DNA of 64,000 bases from Stegostoma tigrinum (GCF_030684315.1 NC_081396.1:5146001-5210000), one strand, 5' to 3'; counted from the stretch's first letter, positions 12,607 through 25,930 are shown. Numbers and translations: made by a program. The notes: generated by a model not told the origin, from the letters alone.

Positions 12607-13080
12607 GGCTTCATAGCGCATAGATACATGGCGGAGTCAGAGAGGATGGCCTTGTGGATTGCTAACTCAGTAATCTTCGTGGATTTATTAAATGTGGCAG
12701 AGAATCGGTCCGACAAATCTGGATTTCTGTTTTCAGTCCCTGCTATCACTATGTATACCATGTACTGTGGAGGCTGCCCCGGCAGCTGATTGTACCAGTA
12801 AACAGAAGGGCTGGAAGAGCTTGTCTTCAAATTGCAGGTTAGTGTGACATTGCTGCCCTCTGTAACCGTCATTTCTGAATCAGGCTGTTCCACTTCATCT
12901 TGCTGGCTCCATTCTAACCGAAAAGAAACAAAATTCAAAATTGTCATTCGTGTAACTGCTTAACAAATAATTACATTAGGTTGCAAACATCTATGTTGGG
13001 GGAAATGGAATGTTGCTAGGAAGGAAACACTTACTGAAAAGAGTGATAATGATGAGAAGTGGTGTGAGAAGGTTCCTCAT
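12607..13080 (-). CDS. TCR alpha/delta V segment (V4a), apparently functional; leader 13035-13080, V exon 12607-12913
   Basis: Leader MRNLLTPLLIIITLF + GTAAGT; QQDEVEQ..VTLTC..VYWYNQ..LSDSAMYLCAMKP with both Cys and Trp intact. Confidence 0.9.
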
Positions 13081-15078
13081 GGTGCACTGTGTGATTATAA
13101 TTCAGCCGTCTGGAAAAATCATCGATCCAAGATTCCTGTTCAGAGCTGTTCAACTCAATGACTATCAGAGTCGGCTGCTGCGATCGCTCAAATAACAGAG
13201 GGAAGTGAAAGCGCGTCAGAGTCATAGCAGCAAATTAAATCTGAGAGAGGAACAAACGCAGACTCACTTCTGAGTGAAAGCATTGCTCTGTGTGAGAGCA
13301 GAAACTGTGCAACAACACTCAGCTGCATCCGGATCTGTGACTGCTCGGATGTCTGTGACCTATTTACGCACCCCCCACCAGCAACAGAATCACTGAGGAA
13401 CAAATATAAGGGAATGGAATAAAAAGTCACGAATTGTATCGTACAGCTTGAAGTTGTTCGGTCCATTATGTCTCTACTTGCTCTTTGAAACATTGATGCA
13501 ATTAATTTCAGAACCGTAGCTCTTGCCACATTCTGTGATTGTGCAAATTTTATTTCTTTCTAAGTGTCTCAACAATGTTATTCTGAATGTTATCGTTGAC
13601 TCTACTCCTACTTAGATCAGAAATTCTAGATTATAATAGTGTTCAATGCAAGTAAGCAAGGTTGATTTTGTCAATTCTCCTGAACGTGTTCCTTAGGTTA
13701 CTGAAATCTATATGCCTGAAAATAATTCGGTATGATCAATTCCATTCAACCAAATTTCAGGCCTCAGCAGCTTGGTAAACATTTTTTTAATCTTACGTGG
13801 ACACGAGGAGAATATTATTGTCTTTCCTTCATTGTTCATGATTCATGTGTCTGATCATCTTTTGTTTCTCAAAATCTGCAATTCCCTGTCCCACACAAGC
13901 TGTCTGACCTCTGGGCTAAACTTCAAAATTCATATCCACATTCCTTTCTGCAGTCCCAATTTTCTCCCTCTTTTTCCGTCCTCTGACTGTCATCAGTTAT
14001 CGAGTTCCTGCCTGTGTCCTGCGAATGAAACAAAAGAGACTGATCCATGATTTTGGATCTGCAGAGAATCTTTGTCATGCAAAACAATGTACACGGCTGA
14101 CAAAATTCTTCCCTGGTTCTGTCTTAGTGGTGAATATGTTCTTTCACCACCATGTTCTTCACGTTTCCTGCTTGGGAAATGGAGATTTATTCACTGTGTA
14201 CAAACTCGTAAAATTAACATGAATTCATAGCTTAAAAAGCAAAAGCAACAAACACAGTGACAAAGCAGCTCTCCCAAATTCAGTAATGGTTGAGCATCAC
14301 AGGTGAAGATATCACACTGTGCCAGGAGGAAGATGGTGGGAGGGAGTCAAAGAAAAAGACTGTGACCATCTGGGAAGAATCATACTAGACGCATATGCCA
14401 TCTATTTTATTTTCTCTTTTGGTCTTTACAACGGAACTTCATAATAAAGTATGCATATTTTTAAACAATGGGGATTGGAATCGCCCGGGCACCGGTAACG
14501 GAAGAGATAGAGATATCCCCCGAGAGTGAGAAAGGTCTGCAAAGTGACTGACCCCCAGAGAGGAAGGATATCCCCTGCCTCTATGAGATTCTTTTGCCTT
14601 GCGGCCGTTCCTGGGTCCTTGAGAATAAATTGAAACGAGAAAACAGATTCAATTTTATGCCAAAGTAAACTCTGGGCGAATCTTCGGGCACTTCGTGAAA
14701 GTTAGTGCGAGAAATTAAGGTCGGACATAAGATTCACAAGTGATGAGAGCAATTTTATTGAGGCTTAAACACGCTGCATTGACCACTTGAGTACTGTCGT
14801 GACATGGAAACGTGTGCAAACGGTACTCATATAGGCTGCTCTGAAAAGCATTTCCCAGCTGTGTCCCTGTGCACTCGGTGTAAAAAGAATCAGCACATTA
14901 ACCACATTAAGTGACATTGGTGCGCCTTGGTTTTCTTTTCTGAAAATGTCTGTATTCATTGGAACAGAACTTACTTAGTGCAAGACACAAAGAAACACCA
15001 GAAACGGAAGCCAACATTTAAACTTTGCTTCGAAGAGACAGAAAAGGAAACCCCACGCTCGACAATAGCATCCCTCAA

Positions 15079-15092
15079 GCGCCCTCTAATGG
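15079..15092 (-). promoter_or_regulatory. CTCF-like motif
   Basis: GCGCCCTCTAATGG (revcomp CCATTAGAGGGCGC); paralog GTGCCCTCTAATGG at 29014-29027. Confidence 0.55.
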
Positions 15093-17216
15093 ACAGCTAT
15101 CGCCAGTACAATGAGATATCAGAACAACAGTGAGGCGAGACATTCAGGGCCCTCAATTCTGACCTGACAATATTCGATCCTGGGTTAACACTACGCTCGA
15201 TATGAGATTTTCACCTATTCCGGACAGATTTCCATTCATTTAGAAACTAAATGTCTGCATCTCAGACTTCATCATTCACCAAGGATCCACAAGCCTGTGG
15301 GCTGGAGAATTCGAAAGAGGCACAGGACTTTGCCGAATGAAAATGCCACGCATCCACTCGTTAACGCCACAAACCTGCACGACGTGATTCAGGGACAGCA
15401 TGGCAGAGCTGCGCCAGGGCTGCACTGGATAATGTGTCTGATCACAAAACATGAGATGTAGCTGGAGCTGCTTCTCAGATGAAATGTAATTCACAAGCTT
15501 TCTCCCATTTCTTCACTCGCTGGTGGCATGGGCAATTCATGTTGCACTGTAGTTGCAGTTTCAATACTAAAGTTTGAAAAAGATACCCATTTCAAGTATT
15601 AATTCTTGCCTGTGTTTAAATCATTTTCATCCATTTGTCAAATGAAGGAGGCCTTACTTCTGACAGAAAATTTTAGAAATGTATCCAGTCGCACTTTGCC
15701 TGCACCACCTCCAAAAAGTTTTCATTCAGTTTCCAAGATTTTAAGTTGACCTGCTGTCTGTCCTCACTCTGAAATCATATTCGTTGAAGTATTCCACATA
15801 AAGAGAATTATAAACCTGACAGACGAAAAACGGGACAAAACTCTCTCGCGAATGCAAGTCCCATGGAGCTCATTTACACATTCACAACATCAACTTTTCA
15901 AACAAATGAAGGAACATTTCTGGGGTTTCAAGAAGTTGGTATGACATTTATTTGGGACTCTTTCATTCGTTGCTTGTCCAAATGCGTTTGGAGTTTCAGT
16001 GAGTGAGATAAAATCTCACTTTTCTGCTTTTTCCTGTTCTCTATTAGTGTGATGTCGTGGAGAAAGAACCATTAATGTGTGCGTGTGAGAGAGAACCATT
16101 GATAGGTATTTTTGAATTCAATCACTTCATAGAATTCTAAGTAGTAGATCCAAGTGCACGAAGGATCTTTTTTATGTAAATTTGCGATGGGCATACATCA
16201 AAGGGAAAATATTTTAACGTTTCAATGGTTACTCATTGACTGAGAGCTCTGTTTGGAGAATATTTTCTTGAACCCATTGAAAACCTGGGACTCGGCTCCA
16301 AAGACTGCAGATGGGATGAATAGAATGACAGATTTGTCCTTTGAATATCTCTTACTACCAACCTTTAGATGGCCAATTGCATCACAGATACAACAAATGT
16401 TTTTGCAAAATCCTTGAATGCAAGCTGTCAGTGTGTGGAAGGTTCTAATTTAAAATAGCGAGGTCTGGAAGACTTGCTTCTGCAATGATGAGCTGGCTAA
16501 ACTTATTTATTTCCACTTGAATCACCATTTTAATTGTCTTCTTTGAAATGTTTCACGTGTTTTGACACAGATATTTTAGATTTGACATTGTTATTCTTGA
16601 GACGTTCAGTTTCATCTGTTGTTTTACATTCGTTTTTGCACTTCACTTGCACCAAACATGTTTTCCCTTTGATTCTGAAGAAGGGTCACTGCACTCTAAA
16701 CTTTGTCTCTGCTTTGCCTTCAAAGATGAGACCAGACGCATTGAGTTTCTCCTGAAATTTCTGTCTTGTTTCAGATTTAAAATATGCATCTTTTCTGATT
16801 TTAATCCGATGTGATGAGATGTTATTTTCAAATGTGTAAAACATTAATGTTTGTAGTTTTCAGTGTTTTACTTTCCCCGAACCCACGCCGTCATGAAAAG
16901 CCTGAAGGAGTGGCAGACAGATGTACAGGCAGTGACAGACACTGATAAAATTGGCAGGATTGATCAAATGAACGAAATGCCTGAAAAATCGCATTGAGAA
17001 AGAGAAAGGATGAGAGATAGTAATTTTATGCAACTGTCATTGATTTGACAATATCTGTCATTGGTTCTGACAAAGCAGAAAATCTTGTTCTAGGTTTTGC
17101 GCTCCTAAGATGCTGCTTGGACTGTTGTGTTCATCAAGCCCCACACTTTGTTATCCCTGAAAAACTCTGCTCACTTTCTTCATAAGCAAATTCAGACCCT
17201 GAGCATGGTTAACATC

Positions 17217-17665
17217 ATGTTTTCCCTCATGTGTTTTCCATATATTAGCAGTCTTCCAGTTTGCTGAGTCTGGTGTAAAATACAAAGTGTGTCATCCAGG
17301 CATTATACGTTCTCCCTGAGTTTACAATCATTCTGCATTTGTGTTATAGGATTGGGTGGCTAGGATTCAGTGCCACAGGGTTTATCCGAATTAGCAATTC
17401 TAGAAATTCTGACAGGACACTTGAAAGTAAATACACACAACTGTCCATTTTCGGATTCTGTTCTCGTACACAAATTAGCCCAGGCAAAATCCAAGGTACT
17501 TTCTGAAACTGTAGGTGGCAGGGCCTGAAGGGATAACTTTAGGATTGCAAACAGGGGCTCTGCTGATTTAAATATTTGGGCTCCTCTGTTGCATGACACA
17601 GTTTATTTCTGCACCATGAAGGTGTACATTGATATCGAGATAGGTCGCTCATTTCAGGAAACTCC
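17217..17665 (+). pseudogene. TRAV/TRDV-like V pseudogene (V1b)
   Basis: Paralog of V1a; exon from 17350 with early TAG, FR3 deletion, ..VYFCTMK, heptamer decayed to TACATTG. Confidence 0.8.
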
Positions 17666-19301
17666 CTCCGCCACACCGAAGGTTCCAGTAGTGTCCAGTA
17701 GAGGGTGGGCTAAAACAAATAAAAAGAAGCAATGATTTCATGTCAAAAGACACCTTCAGCAAAAAAAAGGTAGAATCTCCCTGGTGTGGAAATAAGACAT
17801 TCAGTCCATTGAGATCTCATCAAAATATACCCCTGCGCTGTGTTTGACCAGCCAAATTCAGAGACCCTGCACATGTCTGGAGAATTTAGAATGACCAATC
17901 TATCTAACCAGCACAACTTTGGACTGTGGGAAGAAACAGGTGCACCATTACAAAACCCACTGTGATTATTGCCAACTCGACCCAGACAATCGCCCCAGGC
18001 TGGAATTGAACCCGGGCTATTCGCGTTTTGGGTAGCAGTGTTAACCACTGAGCTACTGTACCACCCAAAGGGCATAAGAAATCATATCATTGATCTATGG
18101 GAGTTGATGATGACAGAAAGACTAATGTTCTTTTACTCCAACTCATCTACTCACTGAAACCGACATTTGTAAATTTATTTACAGAATTGAAATCATAGAT
18201 TCCCCCAGTATTGAAGCAGGCAATTTGACCCATCACGTCCGCACCATCCATCTGAAAAGCATCCCAGCCCAACCGTGTAACCCGGCTTTTCCCATGGATT
18301 ATCAACCGATCTTCGACAATTCTGGATAAAACGAGGCAATTTAGCACAACACATCCATCTACTCTGCACACTTTTAGATTATAGTAAGAAACCGGTGCGC
18401 CTAGAAGATACAAACACAGATATGGAGCGAATGTGCAAGTTTTATGCCGATTTTATGACGTTACTTTATCAGTTGGAGCAGTTTCTCTGTGTGTGATATT
18501 TGTCAATCTTTCCACATCTTTGCTGACATTTCCCTGCAACAGTGCACTGTGGTCTATTCATCAGGTTTATTTGATGGAACTCTATTTCTGATTCATCCAC
18601 GAAGAATGTATAATGAGTATATTTTTCAGAGGGCTGACACAGATCTTTAAAAGAAAACTCAAAGATAGAGCCCCTCAACGTCAATTGCACCTGGATGTTC
18701 ATCCAATGTTGACATGCATTTTGTTTGCAGGAACAATCGTGGACAATTATTCCTACTTCCCAACAATAAAAATAAACCTGATACATTCCGAGTGGACGAT
18801 CTCCACTACCCATGCTGTTTCACAAATGCACTCTCAGCTTCACAAATGCCATCCGTTCCATACCTGTGTCTCTCTGTTGGAAACAACAGAAGTCACATTG
18901 TGTATCTCTAGAGGTACGTTTATCAAAGCCAAATGCATCAACAAAACCATTCTGATTAGTGAGCGTGAAGAAAATTAACAAAAGATCCTCATCTACGTTG
19001 CACATCTTCTTCTTTGAGTAGAATATTTCAGATTAAAGTGCACACTGACAGATTTATTTGAAAACAGGCTGTCGGTATTGACCCGGTTTGTCACTGATCA
19101 GTAGAATGTGAGGTTAATGTCAGAACTACTGGGGCATAAATGACGCTGAACCAATCATATGTAACGCTTGTAGCTACTTGCTGTCAACGAGGTGATATCA
19201 GACCATTCTCAGCGAATGATCTCAGGTCTTTTTTTTCTGTCTTTCGCTACTTTTCATACTTTTGTGAATCAAGCAAATCCCCAGGAACCAGATCAGCAGT
19301 G

Positions 19302-21123
19302 ATGCAGTTCTCCATTTTCACGCTAATATTGGTGGCATTCATTGTAGGTAAGAAATTTGACACTTTAGGGAAGCGTTCAAGTTCTCTCCTAATAAGTGTG
19401 AACCGAATCAGTTTTTTTTTCATTAAATATTAGTCTTTGGTCGCGTTACCCTTGAGCTATTTTGAAATTATTCAAACCATATTTTGCATGAAGAAGAAAG
19501 AAACTCAAAACATTAAAATAATATTTATAAACATAGAACATTTAGAACATAGAACATTACAGCATAGTACAGGCCCTTCGGCCCTCGACGTTGTGCCGAC
19601 CTGTCATACCGATCTCAAGCCCATCTAACCTACACTATTCCATCTACGTCCATATGCTGATCCAATGACGACTTAAATGTACCTAACGTTGGCGAATCCA
19701 CTACCATTGCAGGCAAAGCGTTCCATTCCCTCACTACTCTCTGAGTAAAGAAACTACCTCTGACATCTGTCCTATATCTTTCACCCCTCAATTTAAAGCT
19801 ATGCCCCCTCGTGGTCACCGTCACCATCCTAGGGAAAAGGCTCTCCCTATCCACCCTATCTAATCCTCTGATTATTTTATATGTTTCAGTTCGGTTACCT
19901 CTCAACCTTCTTCTCTCTAATGAAAACAGCCTCAAGTCCCTCAGCCTTACCTCGTAAGACCTTCCCTCCAGACCAGGCAACATCCTAGTAAATCTCCTCT
20001 GCACTCTTTCCAAAGCTTCCAACTCCTGCTTATAATGACGTGACCAGAACTGCACACAATACTCCAAGTGCGGCCGCACCAGAGTTTTGTACAGCTGCAG
20101 CATAGCGTCTTGGTTCCAAAACTCGATCCTTTTATGAATAAAAGCTAAAACACTGTATGCCTTCTTAACAGTCCTGTCAACCTGGGTGGCAACTTTCAAG
20201 GAACATTAAAAGAACCCAATATTCAGGTGTAATCGCTTTTAAAACTTTGATGCACACTGCGAGGCTTCATTTGAGTCAGAATAACGATGCAAAAGGCAAA
20301 AAAAGGCAGTGCTGCTTTCGCTTTAGAATATGGATCAAACTTTCTTAAGGATTGGTTAAGTTAGACCATAACGTCATGAAGGGGACGTCAGCTAACCAGA
20401 TGGTGTAGAAATGGAAAGATGGACACGCACCTAAAACTAGAGCAATGGGATGTTGGATCTCGTGTGGCTTCTGAGCAAGGATAATGTCCAGTTTTTCTGA
20501 AGTCGGCTTAATGTTCCAAAGTAAAACAGATATTGCTGAGGAAGTTTCATGTCTGGCATTATCCTGCAGAGGAAACGGAATTAAAACAGTTTAGAATCCT
20601 AGAGGCCTTGTTAAAAATTGAGCTCACCGGCAAATGGAGTACTTCACACTTTTTTATGTCGTGTTCACATTGCTGTCTAATTTCATACCACACCAAATGC
20701 AGGTTTTTTTTAACCATCAGTTAGATCTTACAAATGAAATTTTAGTCAATTACCTATGCTTTCTTAACCTTGTGTTCCAGATATGAGCGATGGAGCTTAC
20801 GTTACTCAAAGGGAGCGCTCACTCACACAGACAGAGGGAGGAGATGTCACTCGAAACTGTGCCTAACCCGATAGAAGTTATTACTTGTTTTGGCATCGTC
20901 ACTACTCTGGCAGTCAGCCCGAGTTCGCAGTCCGGAGGCTTGAGAGCAGCAGTGCTGAATTTAAGGCAGAATTTGCTCAGAAGTGGTTTCTAGTAAAGTC
21001 GAGCAGTCAGAAATGTTGTACCAATTGACGATCTCAGAGGTGCTGCTGACTGACATGGCTGCCTATTACTGTGCAGCAATCGTCACAGTTTTAAGAATGA
21101 ACGAAAACGTCGTTGAAAAAACT
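19302..21123 (+). pseudogene. TRAV/TRDV-like V pseudogene (V2b), CR1 in its intron
   Basis: Leader MQFSIFTLILVAFIV + GTAAG (19302-19347); exon 20781-21083 with TAA and frameshift, ..LTDMAAYYCAA; heptamer CACAGTT at 21084. Confidence 0.88.
19519..20201 (-). mobile_element. 5'-truncated CR1 LINE
   Basis: ORF 19630-20199 LYKTLVRPHLEYCVQFWS..LFSLERRRLRG..FFTQRVV; (TTCTATG)-like tail; AACATTAAAA flanks both sides; absent from unit A. Confidence 0.92.
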
Positions 21124-21520
21124 GCTCCACTTTTCTGGGCCTCAGCTGATGCCTGTTCAGGGCTATTTAAAACTGACTCTCACACGCTGACACTTCTGCT
21201 CTTTCCCGTGGGCGCAAACTTCCAGCATAATCCACACAACCATCAGTTAAAATCCTTCACGTGAGTTATTGGTTCTTATGTTGACACTGATTGTGCAAGT
21301 GAGCAAACGTTTGCTGTTTATTTGGGGGAAATACGGGATCTGACAACTCCAGTGTAGAAAACAAATGAGTCAGGTGGAATGAGAAATGTCCTTGTCTGGC
21401 AGTTTCAGAAAGTTCCTTCTTCAAAAGGACAAACAGTTTTTATTTCAAATATAAATTTTGTAGTAGGCACTGAAGCCTACCCAGTGGAAGCCCCCAGAAT
21501 TGGAATAAACTGATTACAGA

Positions 21521-22162
21521 TCTGGATGTGAGTTTGCTCGCTGAGCTGGAAGGTTAGTTTTCAGACGTTTCATCACCATTCTAGGTAACATCATCAGTGA
21601 GCCTCCGACGAAGCGCTGGTGTTATGTCCCGCTTTCTATTTATCTGGTTGGGTTTCCTTGGGTTGGTGATGTCATTTCCTGTTCTTTTTCTCAGGGGATG
21701 GTCCATTGGCTCCAAGTCAATGTGTTTGTTGATGGAATTCCGGTTGGAATGCCATGCTTCTAGGAATTCTCGTGCATGTCTCTGCTTGGCTTGTCCTCGG
21801 ATGGATGTGTTGTCACAATCAAAGTTTGATTGGGACAACACATTCATCCTAGGACAAGCCAAGCAGAGACATGCACGAGAATTCCTCGAAGCATGGCATT
21901 CCAACCGGAATTCCATCAACAACCACATTGACTTGGAGCCAATGGACCATCCCCTGAGAAAAAGAACAGGAAATGACATCACCAACCCAAGGAAACCCAA
22001 CCAGATAAATAGAAAGCGGGACATAACACCAGCGCTTCGTCGGAGGCTCACTGATGATGTTACCTAGAATGGTGATGAAACGTCTGAAAACTAACCTTCC
22101 AGCTCAGCGAGCAAACTCACATCCAGAACCTCAACCTGAGCTACAAATCTTCTCAAAACTGG
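21521..22162. mobile_element. Penelope-derived ~600-bp near-perfect palindrome
   Basis: Mirror ORFs on both strands (centre 21824), GIY-YIG C-terminal FDWDNT.ILGQAKQRHAREFLEAWHS, TSD CTGATTACAGATCTG (21510-21524, 22163-22177); absent from unit A. Confidence 0.9.
22048..22087 (+). ncRNA. Minimal type I hammerhead ribozyme motif (mirror copy on - strand ~21561-21600)
   Basis: TCA-CTGATGA-T-GTTACC-TAGAAT-GGTGAT-GAAAC-GTC-TGA: catalytic boxes, stem II and palindromic ACGT stem III. Confidence 0.7.
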
Positions 22163-22817
22163 CTGATTACAGATCTGTCAATGTCAGAAATATTTACACA
22201 AGTTAATACTGGACATTAATAATATTAGCAGACTCAACGAGAAAGTCATCATGATAGAGCTAGAATGAGCAAGAATCATTATAGAAATAATCTGGAATGC
22301 AGGCCTGGTACTCTCCAGGTTCCTGAATGGCTAATAGATGATCCAAAAACAGATTGAGGTCAAAAGCCGAAATGAAAACATGTCAGAAAGGTTCAAGGAA
22401 TTGTGTTTGGAATTCTAAATCATCCAGCTAAGGCTGTCGGTTTTTTTCTCATCATGGAACGTGTCACGGTGCATCTTTAGCTGTTGGCTTTGCAATTTCT
22501 TTACTGGCTGGAACACAATGTCAGGTATTGTAGAACCGACAGTGATTCGATTGGAATGACTTTAGTTTGTTTGATGTAAATTCTCTAATTACATATTTGC
22601 ATTTATCTCCATAATGTATTCAATTTAAAATGAGGAGAGGAAAACTTGCCCAATGCAGCACCCACGACTCTCGGCTTGTTAATTACTTTTGTTTGTTTGA
22701 CTTCAGTGTATTCTGGTATATTTAGGAAGTAAATGCCACTCTCGACATTACCAGTCATACTTTGTTAGAGCGGGATGGTGTTTTTGTATGGGGTTCCTTC
22801 TTGTTCGAGTCAATGTG

Positions 22818-23328
22818 TCTCTCAGCCCGCAGTAATACACCGCACTGTCAGACAGCTGCAGCTCATCAATTGTGAAATTCCCCTCAGTTTTCGCAGCCTC
22901 CAGAGTTGCAGAAAATCGAACGCCAACGCCATTTGCTCTGACGATATTTCCATATTTATGGATGGAGAGCAAGAACGTTGGTGATTTACCCGGGTCCTGA
23001 CGATACAATTGCAAAGAAATTGAATCATCTCTGGTCGAATAGCTGAAACGAATGGACACAGAATCTCCTTCAACTTGTATTACCGTAATCGGCTGCTGTA
23101 AGACAGAGTCTGCACATTTAACACCTGCAAAAAAAATTAGAATGATGTTAAAAAGAACAATTATTGTCAATGTTACGAAATTAAACACATACTTTAATGC
23201 AGGGAAAGACGGGTCTAAGGAAGTTAGGTCTCCAAATATTGCATACAAGTGAATATTTTGCGACTCAGAAAATTACCAGTTAAGAGAAACGCGGTATTTA
23301 GGAATGAGTAGAAAGTAAGAGCCGACAT
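22818..23328 (-). CDS. TCR alpha/delta V segment (V3b): open ORF, Cys23->Phe and Trp41->Leu; leader 23277-23328, V exon 22818-23124
   Basis: Leader MSALTFYSFLNTAFLLT + GT; ADSVLQQ...LSDSAVYYCGLR; RSS CACATTG-23-ACAAAAACA at 22779-22817. Confidence 0.85.
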
Positions 23329-25729
23329 GTTTATAATGATGAGTTTTAAAAGAGGGAGCTAAAGCTGAATTCTTTCAGCTCAGACCTGATGGTGGGTTTG
23401 AAGTTAAATTGTTTCAGCTTAGTTTTAGGACGATGTTGAGTCATATCTGGAGTCCCTGCTGATTGGTTCATTTCTGAAAGAGACACCACTTGACATCCGA
23501 TCAGCTCACTACTCCTTTGTTCTGGAGTCAATAACGTCAGAGAACGAACCAGAGAAACACAGAATCGGACGTTAAGAAGGCCATTTTCCTCTTAAACTTA
23601 CTCTTCCATTTAATATGATCATTTGTGACCTGTGATGCATCCACCCTCCTGCCTCATCTCTGATTCCCTTTCCCGTTAAGAGCACAATTCTATCGACATA
23701 AACTGACTGTTCCATGTGATATAAGAAAATAATGAAATGGACATAAACTCTTATTCAGGTTCTAAAATGTGTCAATCCTTGAGCATGGCAATTGATAGGT
23801 AATAGTTGTAATTGGCTGGTTTCTCAGATTCTTTCCAGTCAGCTGCCTGCAATCTAATCGCCACTAGTTCATAAGTCTTCCTCACCGCCTTGCTCGTTTT
23901 CACATTTTCAGGTATTCAGTTTCATTCTCCCATCAACTAGCTATCATGTATTGGAACGTTTTATCATCCGGAAAAGACAATCCCAAGTAATGATGAAACT
24001 CAAATACAATGATTCCGTCCACATATCGCTGTTGAACTAGACTCCCTTGACATTAAAAATTCTTGTCATTACGTTTCAGGACCATACATATGGAAGCTGC
24101 CGACAACTGTAATAAATGCGGTTATCTCAATATAAACAGTAATGGGCAATGAGGCTCTGCACAGAAAATGGCTAATATCCTGGACACAACATTTCTGAAA
24201 CCACAAAAGTTCAAAAATACTTCACACATGCATTGGCACTTTTCTGATGATTAAATAGTAACCCAGAATAGGGGCAGACTTCACACACTGACACATGGAA
24301 ACCTTAATTCAGTGCTAAGTTTGATAATATTCTGAATGTTCAGATATTTGTACAAGCTATAAATGACTGACCATCAACTTGCTTTAAATTGTGATGGTGT
24401 TGACCATCTATGACATATCATCCCAAGGAAACAGGTGCAACGTGACAATGTCCTATCCTCGGCAGTCGTCAACATTAAGACAGTAGACAATAACGCAGCT
24501 TCTTTCCTGAAATAAACAGATATACACTTCTTTCAAAAACACTGGTACGACATATTGAGCGCTACAATCATTGTAGAAATTTTCTAAACAACTTTTCAGA
24601 CACCTGTTCACGCACCCTCAGAAGAGGTGAGACTTGAATGCAGTCGCTGTATGTATGATAAGTACCCTTAATTGGAGTCTCGTATTAATGAATCAGAGTA
24701 CATTCATCTGCTCTAATGGAAAAACTCAAAAGAGCAGTTTCTGCAGACAGGCAACAATCACTGAATCAGGACAATGCGGGCCCTCTGCACAGCCAGCAGC
24801 ATCTACTGAGAATATCTAGAGAGTGAAATTAAATACATTCTTTCATATGGTACTGCCCATATTCTCAATGCATTGCCATTTTTATTGTTAATTGTCAAAC
24901 ATAATTCCTGTTAACCATGCAGCGAAGGCATTGTATATCTCTTCCTGCACCTCGTGCATTCCAAGCAGCAGTACAACTGCCAATCGCAGACGTTGACTGC
25001 TTAAAATTCTCAAACCAGATCCATTTCAATGGCAAATCTAGTGGTTACACGGTATCAATTTCCCTTTGTGAAAGAACAATCGAAGCTGTGCTCTGAAAGG
25101 GCAAGTTGAAGATTTCCACATTACATGAATGAGGACAGGAAAAATACTCCCAGATTCCAAGTTAAGTTTCAATTTCAACCACAGGAGAACACCAATTTCA
25201 GTTTTACTTTATTAGCTGCTTAGATTGCTGATCAGCTTATTAATTAGCTGATTAGCTATTGCTTTGAATCTCTGCCAGCAGAAACAGGGAGATCAGTTAT
25301 ATCTTCCCAAGTCTTGACAGTCAGCGATTTCAGGTAGAACAAGTTTCTCTTCAATTCTGTCTGCATAAATATGTCGGGGTATACTTTTTACTTTTCACAA
25401 GCTATGCTGAAGGGTCACATCAACTGGGAACTTTAGCTTGCTCTCTCTCCACGACTGCTGCCTGCTGCACTGTGATTCCCAGCATTTTATATTTTAATCT
25501 GTTTTACTTAATCGTCACCTCTTCTTTTATATTATCTGGCAAATTCTACAATTATGTTATCTCAGAGATTCAATTTAATTGGAAGACAGAAATATGAACA
25601 TGTTGATTTGTAATGAAGGAATCGATGTGGATGATTTCTGGCCTGATGTCTTATTTTTAATATGTAACCGGATTATTTACTAAAAAGCATGCATTTTGAT
25701 CAAACATTTCGTCAAAAATTTCCAGCTCG

Positions 25730-25930
25730 ATGTAAATGTTGATGTGTTTGCCGAGCGTGGATGTTTGATAGCAGACATTTCGACTGTATAATTTCGAACT
25801 GGCACAAGAGGCTCCACAACACAGAGTATGTCACCTAGTGCGGGGACAAAATGTCTGCCACCAAATTTCCTAGCTCAGTGAACAGACCAACATCTACAAT
25901 CAGATCCTAAGCTACAAATGTTCACTCAGA
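25730..25930. mobile_element. Internally deleted paralog of the 10440-11440 Penelope element
   Basis: Same flanks and both ends as in unit A, but only ~200 bp long. Confidence 0.6.

Larger units (their letters stand above)
2439..16641 (+). repeat. Tandem segmental duplication, unit A (~14.2 kb)
   Basis: Colinear similarity to 16647-30374 in V genes, introns, intergenic DNA and shared old repeats. Confidence 0.9.

Noticed and set aside
17980-18066. tRNA gene
   Set aside because: tRNA-derived SINE head; no complete cloverleaf
21581-22067. Two 156-aa mirror ORFs as real genes
   Set aside because: A by-product of the palindrome; only the Penelope endonuclease tail half is protein-like
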